This document shows positions 9,211-19,074 of a stretch of 64,000 nt of DNA, in pieces. Below the pieces are notes generated by a model. The model ran no database searches. It had not been told where the DNA came from and worked only from the letters and a program-made list of their open reading frames with translations. Both the position numbers and the translations under genes were made by a program. Source of the DNA: Acidobacteriota bacterium (lineage in GTDB: Bacteria; Acidobacteriota; UBA890; WLXD01); assembly GCA_963666055.2 (NCBI GenBank), contig CAXWPH010000015.1, positions 800,001 to 864,000 on the forward strand. Direction: 5' to 3'. Each line of letters starts with the position of its first letter. The stretch's first letter is position 1.

Positions 9211-10668
9211 TCAGAAGGGGATGATCGTCGAGACGGCGACTTCCGTCGGGGTTTCGAGCTTGAGGGTCAACTCCTTGTTGACCCAGTCGATTTCGATGGT
9301 GCCGTACTTCGACTCGGGCTTGTTGATGATGTGTCGGTCCTGCGTGGTGTAGGCAGAAACGTTGCTGCTGATTGCCCCGACCTGCCCGGTCGGAATGGTC
9401 GCTCCGGCGGGCGCGCATTGGCCCCAGGCGGCGGGGACGCCGTTCCCGTTGGCGTCCAACTGCGTGTAACACCATGGCGCCGTGCGGTCTGCCGTGGTGC
9501 AGCCTTCATAGGTCGTGCCCGCATGGCTGAACGGCAGTTTGCAGCGGGAATCGTAGGTTCCGTTGCCCTGCGTGTCGGCCCAAACCGGAAGGCGGTTGGG
9601 GCTCGGTACGTCTTCCGGGAAGTTCTGATCGAACCCGGACGCCGTCACTTCAAAGAAAGTCACGGCCGGCCCCTCCGCGGCGGAGGGCGGCGTCGTCTTC
9701 TGCAACAGTTCACCCCAGTGCTGATCCCCGGAGACAAAAATCACCAGCTTGGTCTTGCCGGCGTTGACGGCTTTCTGGGCCAGGCGTAGCAACCGTTCCC
9801 GCTCTGCCGGCATTTCGGCCCACGATTCGTATTCTGTCCCCGAATCGTTGGTCTCGTTGAGGTTGGCGATGGCAGCGTTGAATTCCACCCCGTCCCCGTA
9901 CGCGCAATAGTCGGTCAGAGGTCTGTCCCGATTGAGCGGCGGGAGCACTTGCGTGCCGGAGGCGATCAGGGTGATCTCCGAGGTCGCACTCATCTGTTGT
10001 TCCAGCCACGACCACTGATCGTCCCCCAGCATGGTGGAGACGGCGCCCTGACAGACGCCGTACTCGAGGAAGGTCGGGGAGCGATGGTAGCGTGCGTCGA
10101 GCATGATCACATTCACTCGATTGTGCTGCGCTGCAGACCCGAACAACGTGGCGTTGTAGACCCCAGCTTGCTCCCCGTAGCGGACATCGTCGGTCGGCAC
10201 GTCGAAATGGCGCAGGAACTCCAATTGGCTTTCCGAGCGCTTGGAATAGTTGTCTCCGACGTTGTTCTCACCGAAATCGTGATCGTCCCAGGTGGCCATC
10301 ACGGGTATACGCGCCTGAAGAAAAGGCCGATAGGTCGCGCCGTTCTTCTTGGTGTCGTAGGTGTCGCGCATCGCGGCCATGTCAGTCGTGTCGGCGTAGA
10401 CGTTGTCTCCGAGCCATAAGAACAGGTCGGGCTGCTGGGAGGTCAGACGGTCGATTGCCTTCCCGGTCGTGCCGCCGTCGTCGTGCCAGCAAGAGCCGAA
10501 GGAGATGGTCTCCAGATGGGACGAAGCGTCGGGCTGGGTGTGAGGCCTGACTCGCGAACACGCGGCCAAGCACATGGCCAGGACGACTGCCGAAACCGCC
10601 GCAGCCCAGAAGCGAATCGGATCGCCGGCTGAGCGAACAGGCCTGCTGGAACAAATCAAGGCGCTCAT
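9211..10668 (-). CDS. PhoD-family alkaline phosphatase lipoprotein with an inserted fibronectin type II-like module
   Basis: 'FGSC', 'WLGDNVYAD', 'TWDDHD', 'LDARYHR', 'SGDQH'; lipobox 'LAAC'. Confidence 0.88.
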   Translation of the reverse strand: MSALICSSRPVRSAGDPIRFWAAAVSAVVLAMCLAACSRVRPHTQPDASSHLETISFGSCWHDDGGTTGKAIDRLTSQQPDLFLWLGDNVYADTTDMAAMRDTYDTKKNGATYRPFLQARIPVMATWDDHDFGENNVGDNYSKRSESQLEFLRHFDVPTDDVRYGEQAGVYNATLFGSAAQHNRVNVIMLDARYHRSPTFLEYGVCQGAVSTMLGDDQWSWLEQQMSATSEITLIASGTQVLPPLNRDRPLTDYCAYGDGVEFNAAIANLNETNDSGTEYESWAEMPAERERLLRLAQKAVNAGKTKLVIFVSGDQHWGELLQKTTPPSAAEGPAVTFFEVTASGFDQNFPEDVPSPNRLPVWADTQGNGTYDSRCKLPFSHAGTTYEGCTTADRTAPWCYTQLDANGNGVPAAWGQCAPAGATIPTGQVGAISSNVSAYTTQDRHIINKPESKYGTIEIDWVNKELTLKLETPTEVAVSTIIPF

Positions 10669-10845
10669 TCGTTAGTGTCCTGTAACAGAGGTCGATTCGA
10701 TTACGGCATCTGTTCCGTCAGGGTAGTCGATCATGGTCGCAGTGCGATCCGTTTGTGCGGTCTGCAACCGAGGTCAACCCTCGATGGGTAAGGGAACTCC
10801 GCGGCGCCGCCGCGGGCCGAGCAGCAAACAACGGGACCGTCAGAT

Positions 10846-11619
10846 TTGAGTACCCGGCACGAGCTGTTGAGATTTCCTGGCGCCTACGGCGTCCAGCTTG
10901 CCGCTCGCCTCGACAGCCCCGTCGAAGAGCCCCGGGCATATGCCCTGTTTGCCCACTGCTTCACGTGCTCGAAGGATCTCAAAGGCGCTCGCTGGATCAG
11001 TCAGACGCTGGCGCGTCGTGGTATCGGTGTGCTGCGCTTCGATTTCACAGGCCTGGGGGAGAGTGAGGGAGATTTCGCCGACACGAACTTCTCCTCCAAC
11101 CTCGAAGACCTGGTAGCGGCATCGAACTTCATGCGCCAACGGTACCGTGCGCCGCAGATCTTGATCGGACACAGCCTCGGTGGTGCGGCGGCGCTGGCCG
11201 TTGCCCATCGCGTTCCGGAGGTGCGCGCTGTCGCGACGGTGGGTGCGCCCAGCGAGACAAGCCATCTCAGCGAGACGCTGGTGCGGATCGCGCCTGCCCT
11301 CGAGGCGCGCGATGAGGCCGAGGTCGAGCTCGGCGGAAGGCGGTTTACCATCAAGAAACAGCTGCTGGAGGATCTGCAGGCGCACAAGCTCCACGAAGCG
11401 ATCGCCAACCTGGGTCGGGCGCTGCTGGTGATGCACGCTCCGACGGATACCGTTGTCAGCATCGATCACGCCGCCAGGATCTACGAGGCGGCTCGCCATC
11501 CCAAGAGCCTCATCTCCTTGGATGGTGCGGATCATCTGCTTTCGAAGGAACGGGACGCCCGATATGCGGCTGAGCTGCTTGTCGCCTGGGCCACTCGCTA
11601 CGTTGACTCGCCAGTTTGA
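10846..11619 (+). CDS. Alpha/beta hydrolase (N-terminal domain of the OsmC-fusion type)
   Basis: 'AHCFTCSKD', 'RFDFTGLGESEG', 'GHSLGG', 'ADHLL'. Confidence 0.88.
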   Translation: MSTRHELLRFPGAYGVQLAARLDSPVEEPRAYALFAHCFTCSKDLKGARWISQTLARRGIGVLRFDFTGLGESEGDFADTNFSSNLEDLVAASNFMRQRYRAPQILIGHSLGGAAALAVAHRVPEVRAVATVGAPSETSHLSETLVRIAPALEARDEAEVELGGRRFTIKKQLLEDLQAHKLHEAIANLGRALLVMHAPTDTVVSIDHAARIYEAARHPKSLISLDGADHLLSKERDARYAAELLVAWATRYVDSPV

Positions 11620-11721
11620 TGCGAGAGCTCCTGAACTGATCTGTCGGCAATGATTTCCACAGACTAACCTTCCAGGCCAGCGAGGTAGCGTCGTTTGGGG
11701 CGCCCACGATCGGAGGAAGAA

Positions 11722-12405
11722 ATGGTACTTGCTCGAGGTGCCCTTCTATCGGTGAATGTCGGCGGTGTCCGCGAGTTCGAATTCAATGGCCGGGCTGCCG
11801 TCAGCGCGATCTGGAAGGTGCCGGTCACCGGTCGAGTAGCTGCTCGGGGGGTGAATCTGGAAGGCGACGAGCAGGCTGATCGCGCCGCGCACGGCGGGCC
11901 CGACAAGGCGGTCTACGCCTACGCTATCGAGGACATGCGGTGGTGGAAGGAGGACCTCGGGCGCTCGCTCGAGTATGGCGAGTTCGGCGAGAACCTCACG
12001 ACGGAAGGTATCGACGTCAACGGTGCGACCGTCGGAGAACGTTGGGAAATCGGGGGAGCTGTGCTGGAAGTCACGGAGCCTCGTATCCCATGCTGGCGAC
12101 TCGGTGTGCGAATGGAGGACAAGCGTTTCCCTCGTCGCTTCTCTCAGGCTGGGAGGCCAGGCGCCTATCTACGGATAGCTGTCGAGGGTGATGTAGGCGC
12201 TGGAGACGAGATCCGAGTCGTCGAACGGCCTGACCATGATCTGACCATCGGCGACGTCTTCCGTATCTATACACGCGACCGAGACGACGCGGGGCGGCTC
12301 CTCTCGGTACCTCAGATGTCGTCGAGCTGGAAGCGATGGGCCGAAGAACGGATGGAGAAGAGCGAGCGCCGTCGCGCTGATTCGACCGATCCAGGGTGCT
12401 GCTAG
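11722..12405 (+). CDS. MOSC domain protein (YiiM-like)
   Basis: 'HGGPDKAV', 'FGENLT', 'PRIPCWRL'; GGAGG RBS. Confidence 0.9.
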   Translation: MVLARGALLSVNVGGVREFEFNGRAAVSAIWKVPVTGRVAARGVNLEGDEQADRAAHGGPDKAVYAYAIEDMRWWKEDLGRSLEYGEFGENLTTEGIDVNGATVGERWEIGGAVLEVTEPRIPCWRLGVRMEDKRFPRRFSQAGRPGAYLRIAVEGDVGAGDEIRVVERPDHDLTIGDVFRIYTRDRDDAGRLLSVPQMSSSWKRWAEERMEKSERRRADSTDPGCC

Positions 12406-12757
12406 TGTGTAACGAATATCGATCACCGGACACTAGGCTAGCGTCACCGAAAACCGCCCAAACAGGTTGATGCTAAAATAGCTTCCAACGCCTATTAAGA
12501 TCCGGTGTCGGCTTTTAGCTGCAGCGGCTCGCTCGGCGGCCCGTAGCCCGAAGTGGAGGGCGGGGCGGCGTCGCGCCACCTGGACGTGACGCGGGTCCAT
12601 TGACCTACTCGCGGCGACAACAGGACCTCCTCCACTAGCTTCCGAGGTCACGCCGCCCATCGTTCGATCTGCCCCGGTCTGTTGTGCGGGCAGGAACGCA
12701 ACGACCGTTTAGGGCGCACGAAACGTGCGCCGACACGGTGGAGACCCAGTTCATTTC

Positions 12758-14059
12758 ATGGCTTCTCAGTTGACCGATTCTCCGACCAGCTTCGACCGGT
12801 TCGGCCTCGATTCTTCCGTCCTCCGGGGGGTGCTCGCCGAGGGCTTCGTCGAGCCTCGCCCCATCCAGGTGGACACGATCCCCGCAGCCCTCGCGGGCCG
12901 CGATGTGCTGGGCCTCGCCCAAACTGGTACCGGCAAGACGGCGGCCTTCGCGTTGCCCTTGCTGCACCGCTTGGGACGCGAGCGCCGCCGTGGACCGCGC
13001 GCGCTCGTGCTGGCGCCAACCCGCGAGCTGGCGGCACAGATCAGCGCTGAGATCCGCACATTGGCGCGCTTTACCCAGCTGCGCGTCGTCACCGTCTTTG
13101 GCGGCGTATCGGCCCATGGCCAGATCCAGGCTCTGCGTCGACACCCAGAGATCGTCGTCGGCTGTCCAGGCCGCATCCTCGACCTCATGGGGCGCGGTGT
13201 GCTGCTCCTCGGGGAGGTCGAGAGCGTCGTACTAGACGAAGCCGACCACATGTTCGATATGGGCTTCCTGCCCGACCTGCGACGCATCCTGGCGGCACTG
13301 CCGCCGAAGCGGCAGAACCTGCTTTTCTCTGCCACCATGCCGGCGGAGATTCGAGCGCTCGCCGACGTGTTTCTACGGGATCCGCACGTCGTCGAGCTGG
13401 CGCATTCCGGTCCGGCGGCGACCATCGATCACGCCGTGGTGGCTGTTCGCGAGGATCGTAAGCGCGATCTGCTCGAGCGCATACTGAAGGAAGACGGCTG
13501 CGAGTCGGCCATTGTCTTCACGCGCACCAAGCATCGGGCGCGCCGCTTGGCGCAGCAGCTCGACCGGGCCGGCCATCGTGCCGTGGGTCTGCAAGGCAAT
13601 ATGTCGCAGTCGCAGCGATCGCGCGCTATGCAGGGCTTCAGGAAGCGAACCTTCAACGTGCTGGTTGCGACGGACATTGCGGCGCGCGGGATCGATGTGA
13701 AGGGTGTCTCGTACGTCATCAACTTCGACGTGCCGAACACGCCAGATGCCTACACTCACCGCGTTGGTCGCACCGGACGCGCCGAGCTTGAGGGCCGGGC
13801 GCTGACTTTCGTGACGCGCGATGATACGGCATGGCTTCGAGCCACCGAGCGCAAGCTCGGCAATCAGATCCCGCAGCGAACGGTGGAGGGCTTCGAGGCG
13901 GAGCGCCTCGACAGGGGTGATCGACACGGGCCCTCTCGTCGGGTCGGCTGGCGGAACGGGACCACGCCCTCACGATTGGGCGACACCGCACCGCCGCAGG
14001 GGCGCAGGCGCCGCCGCCCGGGGCGCGCCTCGGCGCGGCCACGCCGTCGTCAACATTGA
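12758..14059 (+). CDS. rhlE: DEAD-box RNA helicase (RhlE-like)
   Basis: 'AQTGTGKT', 'PTRELA', 'DEAD', 'SAT', 'HRVGRTGR', basic C-terminal tail. Confidence 0.9.
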   Translation: MASQLTDSPTSFDRFGLDSSVLRGVLAEGFVEPRPIQVDTIPAALAGRDVLGLAQTGTGKTAAFALPLLHRLGRERRRGPRALVLAPTRELAAQISAEIRTLARFTQLRVVTVFGGVSAHGQIQALRRHPEIVVGCPGRILDLMGRGVLLLGEVESVVLDEADHMFDMGFLPDLRRILAALPPKRQNLLFSATMPAEIRALADVFLRDPHVVELAHSGPAATIDHAVVAVREDRKRDLLERILKEDGCESAIVFTRTKHRARRLAQQLDRAGHRAVGLQGNMSQSQRSRAMQGFRKRTFNVLVATDIAARGIDVKGVSYVINFDVPNTPDAYTHRVGRTGRAELEGRALTFVTRDDTAWLRATERKLGNQIPQRTVEGFEAERLDRGDRHGPSRRVGWRNGTTPSRLGDTAPPQGRRRRRPGRASARPRRRQH

Positions 14060-14228
14060 CCGCGACGGTCCACCCCTCGGTGTTGTCTGAGCTGTTCCGT
14101 TCGTCGTCTGGAGCTCGCGTTACATGCGACCCGATCAGGTCGCGTTTGCCAGCGTTGTACACTTGACTCTCCGGCGGCGTTCTGCAGCTCACCCGAGCAA
14201 TCAGCACGTATCCAATGGAGGCTCACGT

Positions 14229-14597
14229 ATGCGGCCCGCTCGTGACCGCGATCGACCCCAGAAGCCTGAGACAGCAGCAGCGTCCAAGAGGCTAGGTGTG
14301 CTAGTAAGCGGGTTGATCGACGCTGGTGTGATTGTTCCGCCGCTGCCGTTGGAGAGGATGTATCTCGACCGGCGGCTCAAGGCTCAGATCGAGCTGGATG
14401 GAACGGTGACCTGCATGGGCCGGTGCTTTGACACACTTTCTTCGGCCGCCAGCCATGCCCGCAGCACCTGCACAGAGTTGTTGGGAGCAGGGTCGCATCG
14501 GCTCTCGAGCAACGGCTGGGCGTTCTGGCAGTTTCGCGACGAAGAGGGTGAGCTCGAGAGCATCGGTAGCCTCAGGAGCCGCTTCCTACGCGGCTAG
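14229..14597 (+). CDS. Stand-alone RAMA-like (modified-DNA reader) domain protein
   Basis: 'LIDAG', 'FDTLSSAA', 'NGWAFW' pattern; GGAGG RBS. Confidence 0.6.
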   Translation: MRPARDRDRPQKPETAAASKRLGVLVSGLIDAGVIVPPLPLERMYLDRRLKAQIELDGTVTCMGRCFDTLSSAASHARSTCTELLGAGSHRLSSNGWAFWQFRDEEGELESIGSLRSRFLRG

Positions 14598-14616
14598 GTT
14601 GCCGCCTGGCGGCCGA

Positions 14617-15424
14617 CTACAGCGTTTTCAGGTATTCGATCAGCTGCCAGCGCTGCGTCCTGCCGAGTCGCTGCGTAGCGTGCTCGTGGCCGATGCGCGA
14701 GTTGCCCGGTAAGGATGTATCAACGCGAGTGCGCCCTGGCCCGCGCCGCGCGTCAAGACCGATCCGGACGGCATCGCACTCTCGGCCGCCAACGTAGAAT
14801 ACGCGGCGGCGATCCTTGGCCGGCAACAACAGCTCGTAGAGATTCATCACCGATCCGTTGTGCAGGAACGGTGCCGTAGCCCAGATGCCGTGCAGCGGTC
14901 GGGCCTTGTAGCGCATGAGCTTGGAATCCGCGCCACAGGCTTCCGGCGCCGTCGACGAGTGAGAATCGCTCGCGGCTAGGGCATGGCTCGCGTCCGCAGC
15001 CCCGGACCATGTGACCCTCGTCGGGGATAGAAGCGTTCCGAAAGTGACATGCTCGAGGAGCTCGCGGCCGCTCACCGGGTTCGGCAGCGGCTCGCCGAAC
15101 AGGGGGCCGAGCGACGCGCCCTCCAGGCGACCCGAGTCGAGAACGCGGCTGCAGTAATTAGGTATCGGGCCCGTCGAACGGTGACCGCAGAAACTCGTAG
15201 CGGACCAGGCCATCGGCGAACAGCTCCCTGCTGCCGACTCTCTCGAGGGCGCGAAACCACTCCGACGACAACATGCGCGACCCTTGCGTGGTCGCATAGA
15301 AGAAGCGCCGCTCGTTGTCGGTCCAGCCTTGGTGGAGGTCGAGCGGGAAGCGTTCGAACGGCAGCGACGCACCGAGCCCTACCAACACGAGGACCGCACC
15401 CGCAAATGTCACGCCTTTCATCAC
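14617..15424 (-). pseudogene. Di-heme cytochrome c peroxidase/RoxA-like protein remnant
   Basis: N-terminal fragment 'QGWTDNERRFFYATTQGSRM' stops at 15158; C-terminal fragment 'YKARPLHGIWATAPFLHNGSV..LYELL' is in another frame; heme-binding middle is absent. Confidence 0.75.
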
Positions 15425-15527
15425 GTTCGCACCGTGCCCCAGCTATGGACTCCCGCGACCACGGCAACGATAACGCGGCCGGAGCCGCGCCCTATACCGT
15501 TTCGGCGCACCCCGCCGTTTGAGGCAC

Positions 15528-16757
15528 CTATTCCGCCGGCTCAATCAGCGGCGCAAGCGGCGTCTCGATCTTCAGCCGCGCGCTTTGCGGCCGGTAACAG
15601 ATCGTTTCGCTGCAAACCTGATAATCGACGAAGATACTCAGCTCGACCGGCGGTTGACCGTCGGCTCCACCGGACTCAGACGATCTCCATAGCTCGGTGG
15701 TTCCGGTGATCGGAACGGCGATATCGGCGACCTCCTGGTAGACGTTCAGCGTCACACCGAGAATCTCGAACTCTTTCGGCGTGGTCGGCGGGTAGGCCGG
15801 CTCGCCGATTCTCAGGCCACGAGCCGGTCGAACGTTGATCCTCGTCGGATAGAAACCGTCCGGGAGCGGCTCACCGTAGAGGTGAAACCCCTCCGCCAGC
15901 TCCAAGCGAACATGGAGTGTGTTGATGACCTCCAGTTTCAGATCCGCATCCGAGAGGAAGGCGGTGATCCTGACTCGGTCGTCCTGCTCGTTGGCTTGGG
16001 GCGACTCTGCGTGCAGCAAGACCTTCCCGAGGGCCTTGTCGAGGATCGTGCCGGCCGACTCGCGGGTTGCGTAGTGGCGACTGAAGAACTTCTCGGTGAC
16101 GATGCCGAGCTCGTCCGCAACGTACGTGCCCGGGAACGGGATCCCGTAGAAGTCGCCGGCTCGGGGATCTTCGGGGTCGATGAGGGTGTTGAGAATGCCG
16201 AAGCGTCGGATCACCACCGAGCCGACATCCGAGAGCAGGTCGTAGGTGATCCCGTAGCGGTCCGAAAAGCTCTTCAACGCCTCTTGTGGATCGTAGCTGA
16301 TGCCATAGATGCGGATCCCGGCCGCGTCGAACTCTTTGATCTGGTTTTGCAGCTCGACCAGCTGCGTCATGCAGTACGGTCACCAGACGGCGGACCGATA
16401 AAAGATGAGGACGGCCTTTTTCCCCGCATGGTGTTGCTGGAAGTCGATTGTCTGGCCATGCTGGTTCAGCAGGGTGAAATCGGGGAGTCGCTCACCGACC
16501 GCCGGACCGGTCGGGAAATCGGCCGAGCCAGGGTGCACGACGCCGGGATGGTCGATCGACACTCCGGCCTCTAGCCCGAGCTCGTCCACGAATGTGTTAC
16601 TCGGGTCGCTCACCGCATCGTGCGCGGCACGCAACGGTGTTGCCTCCTGAGACGGATTCGTCTTCTCTGACGACCCGGGCTCCTGCTGCGCACAGGCAAG
16701 CAGGGCGCTCAGAGCGATGACGGCCGTCGCAGTTGCTCGCTGCTCGATGAGCTGCAT
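15528..16757 (-). CDS. AhpC/TSA-like selenoprotein (W-U-P-Y-C; Sec at TGA 16380-16382) with C-terminal DsbD-N-like domain; lipoprotein
   Basis: ORFs 16380..16757 and 15528..16370 are in frame: FYRSAVW-TGA-PYCMTQL; lipobox 'LLAC'; C-terminal 'YQVCSETICYRP'. Confidence 0.9.
16349..16365 (-). promoter_or_regulatory. Putative bacterial SECIS hairpin
   Basis: GCAGCT-GGTCG-AGCTGC at +15..+31 after the UGA; loop starts GG at +21. Confidence 0.75.
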
Positions 16758-17003
16758 CTTCCTGCCTCCTAGTAGCCTGTAAGTTAGCCGGGATCAGCGC
16801 TTGCCGCGTCGCGCCCAGGAGCAACCCTTCATCCTTGTGGGCCGCGTTCGTTCAGAGACGCCCGGGGGACAGCCTGGATGATAACCGTCGCTTGCGGCTA
16901 CACTTGCGCGCGTGTCCGACTCGGGCAGTCTTGGATGCGTCGCGCTCGTCAAAGACTGATGTGCGGACACCTTCGGAGAGCGCCTGTCGCTTCGGGAGTA
17001 AAG

Positions 17004-18083
17004 ATGAAGATGAATCTCTGGACCTCGCTGCGGCTCGGGCAATGCGCCATGATTACCGCGGTGATCTCGTTGTCGGCCGTGACACTGTTGTCGCCCGCGG
17101 CGGCGCAGAGCGCTGCTTCCGACGCCACACAGTGGCAGGTGCCCAGGACGCCGTATGGCCACCCGGATCTCCAGGGCAACTGGACCAACGCCACGCTTAC
17201 CCCCGTCGAGCGCCCGCAAGGCCTGGGGCCCGTTCTCAGCCGGGAACAGGTAGCGGAGATCGAGGAGGGGCAGGCGGCCACTGTCGTCAAGGGCGCCGCG
17301 CCGAGCGACCCGAACCGCCCGCCACCGCCGACGGGCGGTACCTACCCAGTCTGCATTGACACGGCTACTGGCTGTTACAACGAGGTTTACCGGGAGCCAG
17401 GCGAGCGCGTGGCGGTGGTGAGTGGCGTGCCCAGGAGCTCGCTGATCACGACCCCAGCGGATGGCGTCGTGCCGGAGCTGACGCCGGAGGGACTTCGGCG
17501 GATGGAGGAGCGTGCGGCGCTCAGGAGCCAGTTCGGTCCGCACGATCATCCCGAGCTCCTACCGCTGGCGCAACGCTGCCTCGTGTCGTTCGGTTCCAAC
17601 GCCGGTCCGCCGATGCTCCCCAACTACTGGTACAACAACAACTACACGATCGTGCAGAACGCCGATCACGTGATGATCATGACGGAGATGGTGCACGACG
17701 CCCGGATCATCCGGCTCGGTGAGCCCGCACCGCTGCCGAACGACATTCGTCCCTGGTTCGGTGACTCGTGGGGTCGCTGGGAGGGAGACACGCTGGTGGT
17801 CGAGACCACCAACTTGAATCCCGATCATGCGTTCCGAGGTGTCCCTCCCTCCGAAGATGGCAAGGTGATCGAGCGCTTCACCCGAGTCGATGAGGAGACC
17901 ATTCTCTACGAGTTCACCATCGACGACCCGACGATGTATGCGAGCACCTGGGGAGGCGAGGTGCCGTTCGAGCGCTTCGACGAATCGCTCTACGAGTATG
18001 CCTGTCACGAAGGCAACTACTCGCTCTACAACGTGTTGAGCGGCGCGCGCTATGAGGAGACAAGCGAGGAGCAGCAGCGGTAG
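17004..18083 (+). CDS. Conserved exported hypothetical protein
   Basis: Signal peptide; 'RTPYGHPDLQGNW', 'GDSWGRWEGDTLVVET', 'YEYACHEGN'. Confidence 0.8.
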   Translation: MKMNLWTSLRLGQCAMITAVISLSAVTLLSPAAAQSAASDATQWQVPRTPYGHPDLQGNWTNATLTPVERPQGLGPVLSREQVAEIEEGQAATVVKGAAPSDPNRPPPPTGGTYPVCIDTATGCYNEVYREPGERVAVVSGVPRSSLITTPADGVVPELTPEGLRRMEERAALRSQFGPHDHPELLPLAQRCLVSFGSNAGPPMLPNYWYNNNYTIVQNADHVMIMTEMVHDARIIRLGEPAPLPNDIRPWFGDSWGRWEGDTLVVETTNLNPDHAFRGVPPSEDGKVIERFTRVDEETILYEFTIDDPTMYASTWGGEVPFERFDESLYEYACHEGNYSLYNVLSGARYEETSEEQQR

Positions 18084-18188
18084 TCTCCAGGCACCGCGCT
18101 TTTCCCTGGCGGTGTACGGATTGGTCGAGCGCCGTCGTGCTCGCCCGTCAACGAAGGACACCCATGCTTGCCCTCTGGCGCAGTCTTC

Positions 18189-19046
18189 CTATTGCTGTTG
18201 TGCAGCGCCCTCGATCCGCGCTATTCCCGAGGCGGCGCCTTTCAGCGCCGCCTGCGCGCCCAGGTAGATCAGGCGGGTGTCATCGGGGGCCTGAAAGAAG
18301 CTGAACCCGTCGCGGTTCGCCCAGCCTAGGGGACCGCCCAGCGTCAGTCCCGCCCCCAACGCAGCCTCGCGAATCGTGGTCACCATTGCTTCGTATACCG
18401 GATCGCCCTGGCGCCTGCCCGAGAAGCTTCCGAGGTCGGTGCCTGCGGCGAAGATCGCGTCGACGCCGGCAACGGCGGCGATCGCATCCGCGACGGCCAC
18501 ACCGGTGGTCTGCTCGATCATGGCGACCACCATGATGTTGTCGTTGGCGGTGGCACGGTAGTCGTCGCCCCACAGCGCTCGGTACTGGCCGCTGCCCTGG
18601 CTCCGCTCGCCCACCGGTGGGTACTTCGCGAACCGGACCGCCCGCTCCATCTTCTCCGCCGAGGCGACCATCGGCACGATGATTCCCAATGCGCCAATGT
18701 CGACCGCTTTCTGGATGTCACCCTCTGTGGCGTCGGGCACGCGGATGAACGGAATGGCCGGCGTCCCTCTGCAGGCCCAGATCATGCGGGCGACGTCCTG
18801 AAAGCCGAGTGGACTGTGCTGCATCTCGATCCAGAGGAAATCGAACCCGGAGCTCGCCATCGCACAGTAGATGTTCGGGTCCGGTGACGAGACGGTTCCG
18901 CCGACCACCGCCTTGCCGTCCATCAGCTTCTGTTTGACCGTGTTGTAAATCCGAACGGTTCCTTCCTGCCCTTGCATGCTCGAAGCGGGCAGCAGACAGA
19001 TCACGGCGATCGCCAGGATCCGTACAGCGGTTTTTCGCGGTGTCAC
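18189..19046 (-). CDS. HpcH/HpaI aldolase family protein with signal peptide
   Basis: 'FDFLWIEMQH', 'KYPPVGERS', 'AMIE'. Confidence 0.88.
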   Translation of the reverse strand: MTPRKTAVRILAIAVICLLPASSMQGQEGTVRIYNTVKQKLMDGKAVVGGTVSSPDPNIYCAMASSGFDFLWIEMQHSPLGFQDVARMIWACRGTPAIPFIRVPDATEGDIQKAVDIGALGIIVPMVASAEKMERAVRFAKYPPVGERSQGSGQYRALWGDDYRATANDNIMVVAMIEQTTGVAVADAIAAVAGVDAIFAAGTDLGSFSGRRQGDPVYEAMVTTIREAALGAGLTLGGPLGWANRDGFSFFQAPDDTRLIYLGAQAALKGAASGIARIEGAAQQQ

Positions 19047-19074
19047 GTGTCTCTCCTTTGGGTGTGCCGACGGC

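Noticed and set aside
12433-12757. Long leader upstream of the DEAD-box helicase as an ncRNA or riboswitch
   Set aside because: No recognisable conserved motif; would need an Rfam search
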